64,000 bases of DNA from Malacoraja senta (lineage: Eukaryota), in contig CM075979.1 of NCBI GenBank assembly GCA_038087875.1, positions 7,812,001 through 7,876,000 on the forward strand, read 5' to 3'. The position numbers and the translations under genes were made by a program. The notes under the pieces were generated by a model. That model worked only from the letters and a program-made list of their open reading frames with translations. It did not search any database and was not told the origin of the DNA. Every line of letters starts with the position of its first letter. Positions within the stretch are counted from its first letter, which is position 1. Shown piece by piece: positions 63,641 to 64,000 of the stretch.

Positions 63641-64000
63641 TACAGGGATTAATCTCCAGGATTTAAGCAATCCCTGGAGAAAATCATAGGGAGGCAGAAA
63701 TATCTTTTGCAATTCTTTTCAAACATTGCTTCTTTATTTGATTATTAAAGAGGTGTTTAGGTCCATACCCCTCCGTGTGCATATGGTTATGTCGGGTATG
63801 GAGGGTTATGGATCACGTGTAAGCAGAGGAGATCAGTTTAACGTGGTATCACGGACGTTGTGGGCTTAAGGGTCTGTTCCTATGCTGTGCTGTACTATGT
63901 TCACACAATGCAGCCATCGCTGACTAGGATATCTCAAATGTTCCTAATTGCCCTCATAAAGATGACATGATCCACCTCTAGAACTATCGTCCAACAGTGC

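Overview
Repeat-dense vertebrate genomic DNA, most likely from a cartilaginous fish (skate/ray-like, inferred from HE1/V-SINE and HER1/CR1-type repeats). The only clear host coding sequence is the last coding exon plus 3' UTR of a TMEM263-family gene (+, 39621-~41000). The rest is mostly mobile DNA: a structurally complete but decayed DIRS1 tyrosine-recombinase retrotransposon (1779-7488, -), a full-length Passport-like Tc1 (27392-29008) with only two stop codons, CR1, L1 and Rex1/Babar LINE fragments, many SINEs, Harbinger and hAT MITEs, a non-autonomous Helitron and a short RTE-derived element. Most notable: (1) a 3.4-kb non-autonomous PIF/Harbinger element (TIRs, TAA TSD, inserted in a SINE) carrying a genomic piece of a ZIC5-like gene; (2) an orphan TDP2-like first exon behind a transposon-like terminus; (3) a Helitron carrying CpG-island-like sequence, so host-fragment capture may involve several DNA-transposon classes; (4) an abundant, often palindromic short repeat carrying a minimal hammerhead-ribozyme core. 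All family assignments are by eye and recall of motifs; no database search was run and many repeat boundaries are approximate.
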